Part shown: positions 17,836 to 28,748 of the stretch, piece after piece | Layout: each line of letters begins with the position of its first letter | How positions within the stretch are numbered: the first letter of the stretch is position 1 | Source of the DNA: Spirochaetia bacterium | GTDB taxonomy: Bacteria; Spirochaetota; Spirochaetia; DAHUYW01 | Direction: 5' to 3' | Length of the DNA stretch: 64,000 bases | NCBI GenBank assembly: GCA_030041455.1 | Contig: JASHNV010000146.1 | Span: forward strand, 10,174-74,173 | Made by a program: the position numbers and the translations under genes | The notes under the pieces: generated by a model | The model's input: the letters and a program-made list of their open reading frames with translations, nothing else | What the model was told of the DNA's origin: nothing | Database searches by the model: none

Positions 17836-17890
17836 GAGCCGCCCTGGGTGCTCGCGGTTCGGCACGCGGCTTTCTTTACATTTTTTCTCT
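17836..17890 (+). terminator. Rho-independent terminator candidate after the receiver-HAD pair
   Basis: Compound GC hairpin AGCCGC-CCTGG-GTGC-TCGCGGTTCG-GCAC-GCGGCT followed by a T-rich run ttctttacattttttctctc. Confidence 0.45.
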
Positions 17891-18207
17891 CAAAGACGGT
17901 CGATCGGGCTTGAGGCAGCCGGGGCCCACCTGATCCCGGTCCTTCCGTCCCGGCCCCGTCGCCGGTCTTTCGTCGGGCTTCGTGAAACCTCGGAATCGGC
18001 GCGCCGGCCGCGCTCCTCCTCCGGCGGGCCTGCGCGGCGCCGGGATCCGAGCGATCAGGCGAACGTCGCGTGAGCCCTCGACGGCGCAGAGGAGGGACCG
18101 TCTGGGAGGAACGTCCGGCGGGCCGGCTTCGTCTCGCACGGGGCCGCTTGGTCGACCTTTCCCTCCGGGCGGTCGCGCGGTACACTCGTCGCGAAGGAGG
18201 AGGAAGC

Positions 18208-18972
18208 GTGAAGAAGGTCTCTTTTGACTTTTCGGGCGACACCGCGCTCGTCACGGGCGCGACAAAGGGAATCGGCCGCGCGACCGCGCTCGCGCTCGCC
18301 GAGAGCGGATGCGCGATCGCGGCGACCGGTCGGAACCGCGACGAGCTCGAGTCGCTGAAGGCCGAGGTCAAGAACATCGGACAGCGCTGCGAGGTCTACG
18401 CCGCCGATCTTTCCGACGCGCGGGAGACCATCGAGATGGCGAAGCACTTCTGCGGCCTCCTCGATCCGATCTCCGTTCTCGTGAACAACGCCGGGGTGAG
18501 CTTCCCCGAGAGCCTCCTCGACCTCGAGATCGACTCGTGGGAGACGACGATGAGCGTCAATCTCCGCGCGCCGGCGCTCGTCTCCAAGGTCGTCGCCGCG
18601 CAGATGGCGCGCCATCGCTCGGGCTCCATCGTCAACGTGGCGAGCCTGGCCTCGGTGTCCGGCATCCCGGAGCATGCCGCCTACTGCGCGAGCAAGTTCG
18701 GGCTCCACGGGCTCACGAAGGTCATGGCGCTTGAGCTCGCCGCCTTCAATATTCGCGTGAACGCGGTCGGCCCGACGGTTGTCCTCACGCCCATGGGGAT
18801 CCAGGTGTGGGGCGAGCCGGCCAAGGGGGATCCGATGAAGGCAAAGATCCCCCTCGGGCGCTTCGTGGAGCCGCGGGAGGTCGTCGACGCCGTCCTCTTC
18901 CTCGCTTCCGCGAGCTCGGCGATGACGACGGGCCAGCTGCTCCTCGTCGACGGCGGGTTCACGACCCAGTAG
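18208..18972 (+). CDS. SDR oxidoreductase
   Basis: GTG 18208 after a strong GAAGGAGGAGGAAG SD. ALVTGATKGIGRA, NNAG, YCASKFG. Confidence 0.8.
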   Translation: MKKVSFDFSGDTALVTGATKGIGRATALALAESGCAIAATGRNRDELESLKAEVKNIGQRCEVYAADLSDARETIEMAKHFCGLLDPISVLVNNAGVSFPESLLDLEIDSWETTMSVNLRAPALVSKVVAAQMARHRSGSIVNVASLASVSGIPEHAAYCASKFGLHGLTKVMALELAAFNIRVNAVGPTVVLTPMGIQVWGEPAKGDPMKAKIPLGRFVEPREVVDAVLFLASASSAMTTGQLLLVDGGFTTQ

Positions 18973-19014
18973 CGCCCTGGACCGGACGCCGATCTCCCGG
19001 GCGGGAGCGGAGCG

Positions 19015-20319
19015 CTACAGCGCGATGAACTCGGCGAGCAGGTTTCGTGTCCGCTCCGGGACCTGGGCGTCGATGCGGATGACATCGTCCTCGTAGCGCT
19101 CGGCGAAGATTCTCCCGGTGCGGTGGACGAGCGCCACGAGGTCGTGGCGGTTTCCCGGAAGCGCGAAGCGCGCCACGGGCCGTTCCTCGGCCACGAGCCT
19201 GCCGATCCCGGCCACGAGATCGTCGAGCCCCCGTCCGGTCAGCGCCGAGACGAACATCGCTCCCGGGAGCCTCGAGACGAGAGCGCTCGCGCCGTCCGCC
19301 TCGAGGAGGTCCGGACGCCGCGCGTCGACCTTGTTGAAGACCGTGATGGTCGGCTTGCCGCCCGCTCCGAGCTCCTCGAGGACCCGGAGGGTCGTCGCGT
19401 AGTGCTCGCCGACCTCCGGGCTCGAGACGTCGAGGACGTGGACGAGAAAGTCGGAAAAGACGGTCTCCTCGAGCGTCGACTTGAAGGCGACGACGAGGTC
19501 GTGCGGGAGCCGTCGGATGAACCCGACGGTGTCCGTGAGGAGCACCTCCCTTCCGTCGGGAATCTTGACGCGGCGGGTGGTGGGGTCGAGCGTCGCGAAG
19601 AGCTTGTCTTCGACGAGGAGGCTCGAGCCGCACAGGGCGTTCAGGAGCGACGACTTCCCCGCGTTCGTGTAGCCGACGACCGAGCCCGTCGGCAGGAGCC
19701 CCTCGGCCCGTTTCTTCCGCCTCGTCTCCCGCTGCGAGCGCACGAGTTCGAGCTCCCGCTTCAGCCTGGCGATTCTCTTGACGACGAGCCTGCGGTCGAC
19801 CTCGAGCTGCGTCTCGCCCTCTCCCCGCGTGCCCCGCGCGCCGCCGCGCTGCCGCGAAAGGTGGGTCCAGGCCCGCGTCAGGCGCGGGAGGGAGTACTCC
19901 ATCCGGGCGAGTCCGACTTGAAGAGCCGCCTCGCGAGTCGCCGCCCGCGCGGCGAAGATCTCGAGAATGACCTCGTGGCGGTCGATGACGCAGAGTCCGG
20001 ACATGCGCTCCCAATTGCGCTGCTGCGAAGGGCTCAAGTCCTCGTCGAACACGACGCAGTCCGCGCCGGCCTCCTTCGCGAGCGCCGTGATCTCCTCCGC
20101 CTTCCCTACGCCGACGAGGAACCTCGGATGGGCGTCGGGAAGCCTCACGACGAGGGAATCGCGGATCTCGAGGCCCATGGTGCGCACGAGTCCCTTGAGC
20201 TCCTCGAGGCTCCGCTCCGCGCTCGAGGGAGCCGAGCCCGGACGTGCGAGGGTCACGAGGACGGCCGAGGCGGCCGCTTCAAGCGCGCTTTTCGACGACG
20301 AACGGAGAGGCGAGCTCAT
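19015..20319 (-). CDS. hflX: GTPase HflX
   Basis: 434 aa with N-terminal HflX domain and G-domain motifs VGYTNAGKSSL (G1), DTVGF (G3), NKVD (G4). Confidence 0.85.
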   Translation of the reverse strand: MSSPLRSSSKSALEAAASAVLVTLARPGSAPSSAERSLEELKGLVRTMGLEIRDSLVVRLPDAHPRFLVGVGKAEEITALAKEAGADCVVFDEDLSPSQQRNWERMSGLCVIDRHEVILEIFAARAATREAALQVGLARMEYSLPRLTRAWTHLSRQRGGARGTRGEGETQLEVDRRLVVKRIARLKRELELVRSQRETRRKKRAEGLLPTGSVVGYTNAGKSSLLNALCGSSLLVEDKLFATLDPTTRRVKIPDGREVLLTDTVGFIRRLPHDLVVAFKSTLEETVFSDFLVHVLDVSSPEVGEHYATTLRVLEELGAGGKPTITVFNKVDARRPDLLEADGASALVSRLPGAMFVSALTGRGLDDLVAGIGRLVAEERPVARFALPGNRHDLVALVHRTGRIFAERYEDDVIRIDAQVPERTRNLLAEFIAL

Positions 20320-20329
20320 GCGGTCAGGC

Positions 20330-21100
20330 TTAGATCAACAGCGCCGAGCGCCCCCAGTCGTAGGCGTTCCGCTTGATCTCCTCCACCGACGGCATGGCGA
20401 AGGTGAGCGTTTTCCTTCCGTCGGAGGCGTAGATGCCGCCGCTGATGACCTGAAAGGAGAACGACTCCACGTTGGTTCTCGTGAAGGTTTTCGTGAGCTT
20501 CGTCGGGTCGGAGGTGACCCGCTCGATGCACTCGCGCAAGTGCTCGACGTCCTTGCTGTACATCCTGCCGATGTTGCCGGTGTTCACCGAGTCGCCGAAG
20601 TCGATGACCTTCAGGTTCGCGTAGATCATCTTGGGCACGTGGATCTTGTTCTTCGGATCGCAGATATTCTTCGCGAAGGCCGACGGGTCGAGCGAGCTCA
20701 CCACGACCGGATCGATCGGGCAGAGCTCCTGGTAGATGTAGTAGCCCTGGGATGGTTCCGGCGCCCGGTAGTCGCCGGCTCGGAGCTCGAGGGTGCGGCC
20801 GTCCCGCGTCGTGAGGAACAGCGATCCGAGCTGCTCGAACGGAATGTGCTCGAGCACCCGGTAGACCGACAGGTAGACCGAATGCTTCGGATCGCCGTTC
20901 TTGTGGGGAAGACAGCGCTTCGCGGCGTAGTCCCAATCGAAATAGTCTCCGAAGTTCCCCTTGACGCTCATGAAGATCAGCTGCTCTTCGAAGCCTCGCT
21001 TCGAGCCGGTCGCCATATAGGAGCCGAATTGCCGCGGATCGAGCTGCGAGGCTATGAGCGCTTCCATGGGAAACACCGACAGGTAATAATTGATCGCCAT
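20330..21100 (-). CDS. Hypothetical protein (about 257 aa), lower GC than its surroundings
   Basis: ATG 21100 (MAINYYLSVFPME...) with GGAGG 7 nt upstream. Realistic composition (K/Y/F/D-rich, unlike the antisense artefacts). 10 nt upstream of hflX on the same strand. AT-rich 5' flank (21121-21200). Confidence 0.55.
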   Translation of the reverse strand: MAINYYLSVFPMEALIASQLDPRQFGSYMATGSKRGFEEQLIFMSVKGNFGDYFDWDYAAKRCLPHKNGDPKHSVYLSVYRVLEHIPFEQLGSLFLTTRDGRTLELRAGDYRAPEPSQGYYIYQELCPIDPVVVSSLDPSAFAKNICDPKNKIHVPKMIYANLKVIDFGDSVNTGNIGRMYSKDVEHLRECIERVTSDPTKLTKTFTRTNVESFSFQVISGGIYASDGRKTLTFAMPSVEEIKRNAYDWGRSALLI

Positions 21101-21202
21101 ACGCCCCTCCGCCGAGAAACCTCTCAAGGGGAAGGATAAGCCGCGTCCGGTGAATAGTCAATCAAAAAACTAATTTCACCAATTTGATCAGAAATACAAC
21201 GC

Positions 21203-23038
21203 TCACGCGTGGTTCCCGGCTCCGGGGTTCCGGTCGGGCTCCGACCGTCCGAGAGTTTTTCGAAGCGGCAGCTCCGGTATGAAGAACGTCAGCGCGATGG
21301 CGGCAAGCTCGAAGAAGATGACCCAGAAATAGAGGCGGGCGATCGACTGCGCGAAGGAGAGCCTGATCGCGGCGGCCAACCGGTTGACGGCGGCGTTCGC
21401 CGCGCGGTGGAGATCGGCCTTGACGCTCGCGAGGAACTCGTCGGCGGCCTGGTCGCCGATCTCGCTTCGGCGGTTTCCGAGCTCCGCCCGGAGACTCTCG
21501 CCGACGGAGGGGTTCGCGAGGAGCCGAGCGAGCGCCTCCTTGTCGCCTGAGTTGACGACGCGCGCGACGAGTGCGTAGATCTCGTCGTACGACCTCCTGA
21601 TCGCGCTCGCCGCGGCCCGGGAGCCGTCCTCGGACATGAGGCGGCCCGGCGAGGCGGCGGCCGTCGTGAGCCGCGCCCCGGCGGGCTCTGCCGGCAGGTT
21701 CCTCGCGAAGGAGGCCGCCATCGCGGCGGCGAGCACGGTTCCGAGAAGCGCGAGGCCCGCCGTGCTTCCGATCTGCCTGAAGAAGACCCCCGCGCTCGTC
21801 GCCTGCCCGATCCTCCGGACGTCGACCGCGTTCTGGATCGCGAGGGTGTAGAGCGCCATGGAAGGACCCATCCCGATCCCGCAGGTGAGCATGATGAGGA
21901 CCGCGGCGAGGTAGGTGGTGTGCACGCTCAGGAGCGAGAGCAGCACGATCCCCGCGAGGAGAACGAAGCCGCCCGCGAGGAGGATGATCCGGTAGTGTCC
22001 GACTCGGGCGACGAGCTGGCCCGCGGTGAACGAGCCGGCGAACAGCCCGAGGGAGAGCGGCATGATGCTGAGACCCGTGTTGGTCGCGGAGACGCCGAGC
22101 ACGTTGACCATGAACAGCGGCAGAAAGATGATCGTTCCGAGGAACGCCGCTCCGAAAAAGAACGAGGCGCCCACCGAGAGGGAGAAGACCCGGTTTGCGA
22201 ACAGCGAGAGATCGAGGACGGGGTTCTTGTCGAATCGGGAGTGGACGATGAAGGCGGCCGACGCCGCGAGCGCCGCCGCGAGAAGCGAGAGCGTCACCGG
22301 CCCGCCCCACGGATCGACGGTCTTGTCGATCTCGAGGGCGAGGATGAGGGGTACGACGGCGAGGACGAGCAACGCCGCGGAGAGCCAGCTTAGGCGGTGC
22401 TCGCCCGGGTTCTTGGGGTGGAGCGGCGGCATGCGCGTGGTTATGAACCACAGCGCGAGCACGGCGAACGGCGCGTTCACGTAGAAGACCCACCGCCAGC
22501 CGGCCACTCCCGGAATGAACGCCCCGCCGTAATCGGTCAAGAGCCCGCCGACGAGGGGTCCGAGGACGTTCGCGATTCCGAAGGTTCCCCCGAGGAAGCC
22601 CTGATAGCGCCCGCGCTCGGCGGGGGGAAAGAGGTCCGAGATCACGATGAACGCGAGGGAGAAAATCCCCGAGTTGCCGAAGCCCTGAAGGCCGCGGAAG
22701 ACGATGAGCTGGTTCATCGCGTCGCCGAGGACCGGCAGGGGTCCGAACTCGCCCGCGAGCCCGCACAGGAAGGAGCCCGCGAGGAAGAGGCCGATCGACC
22801 AGATCACGAGCGCCTTCCGATTGTACATATCGGCGAGCTTTCCGTAGATCGGAATCAGGACGGTGGAGGTGAGGAGGTAGGCGGTCGCCACCCAGGCGTA
22901 CCGGTCGAGGCCGCTGAGATCCCGGACGATGCGCGGGAGCGCGGTCGCGACAATGGTCTGGTCAAGGGCTCCGAGGAAAAGCGCGAGGAGCACGCCCACG
23001 AACGTGAGCATCGTCGAGCGGCGGGTCGTTTCGGTCAA
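21203..23038 (-). CDS. MFS drug:H+ antiporter (DHA2/EmrB-like, 14 TMS) with soluble C-terminal extension
   Basis: Many hydrophobic segments plus the MFS motif LADMYNRKALV/GRY. The C-terminal 150 aa is hydrophilic with a final TM segment. Confidence 0.75.
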   Translation of the reverse strand: MTETTRRSTMLTFVGVLLALFLGALDQTIVATALPRIVRDLSGLDRYAWVATAYLLTSTVLIPIYGKLADMYNRKALVIWSIGLFLAGSFLCGLAGEFGPLPVLGDAMNQLIVFRGLQGFGNSGIFSLAFIVISDLFPPAERGRYQGFLGGTFGIANVLGPLVGGLLTDYGGAFIPGVAGWRWVFYVNAPFAVLALWFITTRMPPLHPKNPGEHRLSWLSAALLVLAVVPLILALEIDKTVDPWGGPVTLSLLAAALAASAAFIVHSRFDKNPVLDLSLFANRVFSLSVGASFFFGAAFLGTIIFLPLFMVNVLGVSATNTGLSIMPLSLGLFAGSFTAGQLVARVGHYRIILLAGGFVLLAGIVLLSLLSVHTTYLAAVLIMLTCGIGMGPSMALYTLAIQNAVDVRRIGQATSAGVFFRQIGSTAGLALLGTVLAAAMAASFARNLPAEPAGARLTTAAASPGRLMSEDGSRAAASAIRRSYDEIYALVARVVNSGDKEALARLLANPSVGESLRAELGNRRSEIGDQAADEFLASVKADLHRAANAAVNRLAAAIRLSFAQSIARLYFWVIFFELAAIALTFFIPELPLRKTLGRSEPDRNPGAGNHA

Positions 23039-23103
23039 TGTGGTCCAATCCTTCTACGTCGGACGGCTCCGCGGCCGGCTTGAAGTCGCCCGTCCCGGGC
23101 GGG

Positions 23104-25071
<1,968 letters not shown>

Positions 25072-25173
25072 GGTCAGACCCCCAATGATCGCTTTCTTCG
25101 CGCTCCGTGCGGAGCGAATGCCCGGCATCCGTTCGCGTGAGCCTCAAAAGCTTATTGCCACCCTAAGGAATTG

Positions 25174-26130
25174 TCAATGACGATGCGTACGCCGGTTCGG
25201 AGGAAGCCTAGATTCCGCGGCCGAGCCGCGGAATCTAGCTGGATCGATCGAGCGAAGCCGCTCCTTCAGACCGTCCGAGGGCCCGACGAGCGGGAGGCGA
25301 ACCTCCGCGCTCGCGATGAGACCCGCGCTTTCGAGCCAGTATTTGATCGGAGCGGGGTTGGGCTCCTCGAAGAAGAGCGGAATGACGGGGAAGAGCCGCT
25401 TCCAGGCGGCGCGAGCCTGGGAAAAGTCGCCGCCCTCGACCGCCCGCCACACCGAGACGAACGAGTCCGTCCGCCAGTGCGCCGAGGCGAGAATCCCGCC
25501 CCGGGCTCCGAGCGCGAGCATGGGATAGAAAAAGGCGTCCTCGCCGGTGAGGATCGAGAAGTCCTCAGGCGGATCGAGGAGGAGCTCCGCCGACTGCCTG
25601 AGATCTCCCGACGAATCCTTCAAGCCGACGATGTTGTCGATCGCCGCGAGTCTTCGAACGGTCTCGTTCCGCATCGTGACCCCCGTTCGGTAGGGGATGT
25701 TGTAGAGGACGATCGGCAGGCGCGTGGAAGCCGCGACGGCCTCGAAGTGCGCGAGGATTCCCCGTTGGTCCGGCCGGTTGTAGAACGGAACAACCGAGAG
25801 AACGCCGTCCACCCCGATTCTCTCGAGCTCGGCGACGAGGGAGATCGTTCGTCGGGTATCGGCTCCCCCGGCGCCGACGAGAAGGGGAAGCCTGCCTGAG
25901 AGTCGCTCCTTGGCGGCTCGGGCGAGGAGCAGCAGCTCCTCGTCGGCGAGCACCGACGACTCGCCGGTCGTTCCGGCCACGACGATCCCGGAGACGCCGG
26001 AAGAAACGACATGGTCGAGGAGCCCGGCGAACGAGCTCTCGTCGATCGCGCCGCGGAGGAAGGGGGTGACCGCCGGAAGCCACACGCCGCTCAGGAGCGA
26101 AGGGTTCAGCATCAAGATCGAATCTGCCAT
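25174..26130 (-). CDS. Dihydrodipicolinate synthase/N-acetylneuraminate lyase family protein (DapA-like)
   Basis: VAGTTGESSVL (GTTGE motif), YNIP..TG; TIM-barrel aldolase family. ATG 26130. Odd Arg/His-rich C-terminal tail. Divergent from a LysR gene. Confidence 0.7.
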   Translation of the reverse strand: MADSILMLNPSLLSGVWLPAVTPFLRGAIDESSFAGLLDHVVSSGVSGIVVAGTTGESSVLADEELLLLARAAKERLSGRLPLLVGAGGADTRRTISLVAELERIGVDGVLSVVPFYNRPDQRGILAHFEAVAASTRLPIVLYNIPYRTGVTMRNETVRRLAAIDNIVGLKDSSGDLRQSAELLLDPPEDFSILTGEDAFFYPMLALGARGGILASAHWRTDSFVSVWRAVEGGDFSQARAAWKRLFPVIPLFFEEPNPAPIKYWLESAGLIASAEVRLPLVGPSDGLKERLRSIDPARFRGSAAESRLPPNRRTHRH

Positions 26131-26177
26131 AATGGCTCTACGGTAGGGCGAGGGGCCTCGCCTGTCCAATCGGAGTT

Positions 26178-26194
26178 ATCGATGACGGCGATCG
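26178..26194. promoter_or_regulatory. Candidate LysR-type binding site (ATCG-N9-CGAT, T-N11-A)
   Basis: ATCGATGACGGCGATCG dyad in the 91-bp divergent intergenic region between the DapA-like and LysR genes. Confidence 0.25.
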
Positions 26195-26221
26195 CGAATC
26201 CCGAACGCCGTGGGATCGGCC

Positions 26222-27133
26222 ATGGAGCTCTATCAGCTGAAAGCGTTCATCGCGGTCGCGCGGACCGGAAACCTCACCCGGGCGTCCGAGCTCTTGAACG
26301 TGAGCCAGCCCGCGCTGAGCGGCCAGATCAAGGCGCTTGAGAGCGAGCTCGGTCTCGAGCTCTTCGAGCGCACCGCGAGGGGAATGGAGATTACGCCGGC
26401 CGGGCGGCGCCTCCTCGAGAGCGCCGAGGAGCTCGACAGGAGAGCCGCGGGCCTGCTCTCCCTCGCGCGCGATCTCGCGGGCCGGGCGGCGGGGGCCCTG
26501 AAGATCGGTCTGAACACCGACGCCGTGGTCCTCCGTATTCCGGCGCTCGCCTCCGCGCTCTCGGCCTCCTCGCCGGGCGTCACCGTCGAGCTCGTCCAGG
26601 GGGTATCGAGCTCGGTGGCCGATGGGGTCTCGGCCGGAGTCCTCGACGGCGGCTTCGTCTACGGGGATCGCTTCGGCGAAGGGCTCGCCGTTCTCGAGCT
26701 CGACCGGTCCCGCTTGGTCGTCGCCGCTCCCGTTGCGTCGAGGCGCAGGCTCGCCCGCGCGCCCATGGAGCGGCTCCTCGACGAGCCCTGGATCTGGCCG
26801 CCCGCCGATTGTCCGTTCTACCGGCCGACCATGGCGCTCTTCCGCCGGAGGAGGGAGACGCCTTCGAGGACGGTCGTCGCCGACCAGGAGGCGACGATTC
26901 TCGGACTCGTGGAGTCGGGCGTGGGTCTTTCGCTCCTGCCGCGCGATCTCGTCCGCCCGCCGGGAAGGGAGACCGGCGCGTTCGCGCTCCGCGAGACCGA
27001 GCACGAGATCGCGCTCAGTTTCGTCTCCCGGCGGGAGTCCTGGGGGGACCCGCTCATGCGGAGGCTGCGCGATTCGCTCCGCGCCGTCTGGGCGCTCGGT
27101 GAAGAGCCTGAGGCGGCCGTTCGAGCCCCGTGA
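26222..27133 (+). CDS. LysR-family transcriptional regulator
   Basis: MELYQLKAFIAVARTGNLTRASELLNVSQPALSGQIKALE (LysR HTH) plus a substrate-binding domain. Divergent from the DapA-like gene. Confidence 0.8.
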   Translation: MELYQLKAFIAVARTGNLTRASELLNVSQPALSGQIKALESELGLELFERTARGMEITPAGRRLLESAEELDRRAAGLLSLARDLAGRAAGALKIGLNTDAVVLRIPALASALSASSPGVTVELVQGVSSSVADGVSAGVLDGGFVYGDRFGEGLAVLELDRSRLVVAAPVASRRRLARAPMERLLDEPWIWPPADCPFYRPTMALFRRRRETPSRTVVADQEATILGLVESGVGLSLLPRDLVRPPGRETGAFALRETEHEIALSFVSRRESWGDPLMRRLRDSLRAVWALGEEPEAAVRAP

Positions 27134-27138
27134 GCGAA

Positions 27139-28605
27139 TTACTCGCTTGAGCGCCCGGCTCCGTCGGCCTTTCCGGGAAGGAGCTGGACGACGAGGGCAA
27201 GCGCGATCTCGACGCCGATCAGGCACAGCAGTCCCGCGCCGAAGGCCCGAACGAAAGCCTCAGGCGCGGTCGCGCCGCCGAGGGTACCGTAGAAGACGAT
27301 GCCGATCGCGGCGACCCCGACGGCGTTCCCGACTTGGCTCGCCGTCGCGAGGACGCCGGCCGCGGCGCCCGCGTGCCGGCTTGCGACGCGCGAGAGCACC
27401 GTCGCGGCAAGCGGCGCGATCGCAAGTCCCATGCCCGCGCCGTCGAGGGCGAGCGCCGGAACGATCCACGCGATCGGGACGCCGGCTCCCGCGCGGGAGA
27501 CGATGAAGGCAAGCGCCGCGAGGGCGACCGCCCGGAGAAGACCGCCCGCCGCCATGACGTTCTTGCCCAGACGGCGCGCGATGGGGCCCACCGTCGTCGA
27601 CGTGAGGAGGTAGCCCGCGCCGAGCGCCGCGAAGACGAGGCCGGCGTCGAGCGCGCTCAAGAGCCTGCCGCCCTGCAGGTAGAGGGCGAGGATCAGGAAG
27701 TAGGAGGCCTGGCCCGTCCAGAAGACGAGCTGCGAGAGGAGCCCGACGGAGAAGGCCCGCTCCCGGAAGAGCGAGAGGTCGACAAGCGGCGAGCGGTCCT
27801 TGGCCGCGAGCCGGTACTCGAGGAGGAGGAAGGCGCTCATGAGGGGGAGGGCGCCTGCGAGGCACAGCCACGACCAGAGCGGCCAGCCCCGCTCCCTGCC
27901 TAGGGTGAGCGGAATCACGATCGCAAGGAGCGCGAGGGTGACGAGCGCCATCCCCGCCACGTCGAGCCGGGAGCGCCCCGGAGCGCGCGATTCGCCGACG
28001 AGCCGCGGCACGAGCGCGAGAGCGACGGGCCCGACGAGAAGATTCACGAGAAAGCAGCTCCGCCAGCCGAGGCCGAGGAAGTCGAGCTGAATGAGAAGCC
28101 CGCCTGCAAGCTGGCCTGAGACCGCCGCGACGCCCATGGTTACCGCGTAGGCGCCGATCGCTCGGGTCTTCCTCTCTCCGGCGAACAGGGTTCCGATGAG
28201 GGCGAGCACCTGGGGTCCCATGAGGGCGGCGGACATGCCCTGCGCGGCTCGGGCGACGATCAAGAAGGCGACGCTCGGCGCGAAGCCGCAGGCCCCGGAG
28301 GCGAGCGTGAACAGCGCCATGCCCGCGAGGTACATGCGCCTGCGGCCGAGGAGGTCGCCGAGCCTGCCCCCCGTGATCATGAGCGAGCCGTACCCGACGG
28401 CGTAGCAGACGATCACGAGCTCGATCGACGAGGAGGCGGCGCGGAGTCCGCTCTGAAGCGAGGGGATGGCGACGTTGATGATGAAGAAATCGAGCACGCT
28501 CATGAAGGTCCCGGCGAGAAGGCAGGGCAGGGCGCCTCTTCGGGCTCCCGCGGCTTGGGAGGTCGAGGCGGTTGGTCCCGCGCTCGGCACGGAGCTTGAG
28601 CTCAT
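27139..28605 (-). CDS. MFS transporter (DHA2 family, 14 TMS)
   Basis: Hydrophobic profile, MFS motif GRLGDLLGRRRM. Downstream of the MmyB-like regulator on the same strand. Confidence 0.75.
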   Translation of the reverse strand: MSSSSVPSAGPTASTSQAAGARRGALPCLLAGTFMSVLDFFIINVAIPSLQSGLRAASSSIELVIVCYAVGYGSLMITGGRLGDLLGRRRMYLAGMALFTLASGACGFAPSVAFLIVARAAQGMSAALMGPQVLALIGTLFAGERKTRAIGAYAVTMGVAAVSGQLAGGLLIQLDFLGLGWRSCFLVNLLVGPVALALVPRLVGESRAPGRSRLDVAGMALVTLALLAIVIPLTLGRERGWPLWSWLCLAGALPLMSAFLLLEYRLAAKDRSPLVDLSLFRERAFSVGLLSQLVFWTGQASYFLILALYLQGGRLLSALDAGLVFAALGAGYLLTSTTVGPIARRLGKNVMAAGGLLRAVALAALAFIVSRAGAGVPIAWIVPALALDGAGMGLAIAPLAATVLSRVASRHAGAAAGVLATASQVGNAVGVAAIGIVFYGTLGGATAPEAFVRAFGAGLLCLIGVEIALALVVQLLPGKADGAGRSSE

Positions 28606-28707
28606 GGAGATCCTCCTCGCGCCGGCTCGCTCGCGAATCGTGGGGCGCCTTCGCGCCCAGGCGAGCCGGCACGCGTTGACGTTACTCTTCGCCCGGGGCC
28701 CGGTCGA

Positions 28708-28722
28708 TTACCTTCGAGGTAA
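28708..28722. promoter_or_regulatory. Palindrome TTACC-N5-GGTAA, candidate operator upstream of the MFS gene
   Basis: Perfect 5-bp arms; seen directly. Lies between the regulator stop (28749) and the MFS start (28605). Confidence 0.3.
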
Positions 28723-28748
28723 AGCGTAGGTGGTGGCGGGCGCCGCCG

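Noticed and set aside
17559-18377. 272-aa minus-strand ORF across the 17.7-18.2 kb gap
   Set aside because: It is Arg/Pro/Ser-rich, overlaps the SDR start region and has no SD. I treated the region as non-coding.
25072-25128. 19 extra N-terminal codons ([19 protein letters not shown]) on the acs track ORF
   Set aside because: There is no SD. The internal [11 protein letters not shown] start follows a G-rich SD and matches typical Acs N-termini. My hand count also gave a possible frame inconsistency here that I could not resolve, so I used the internal start.
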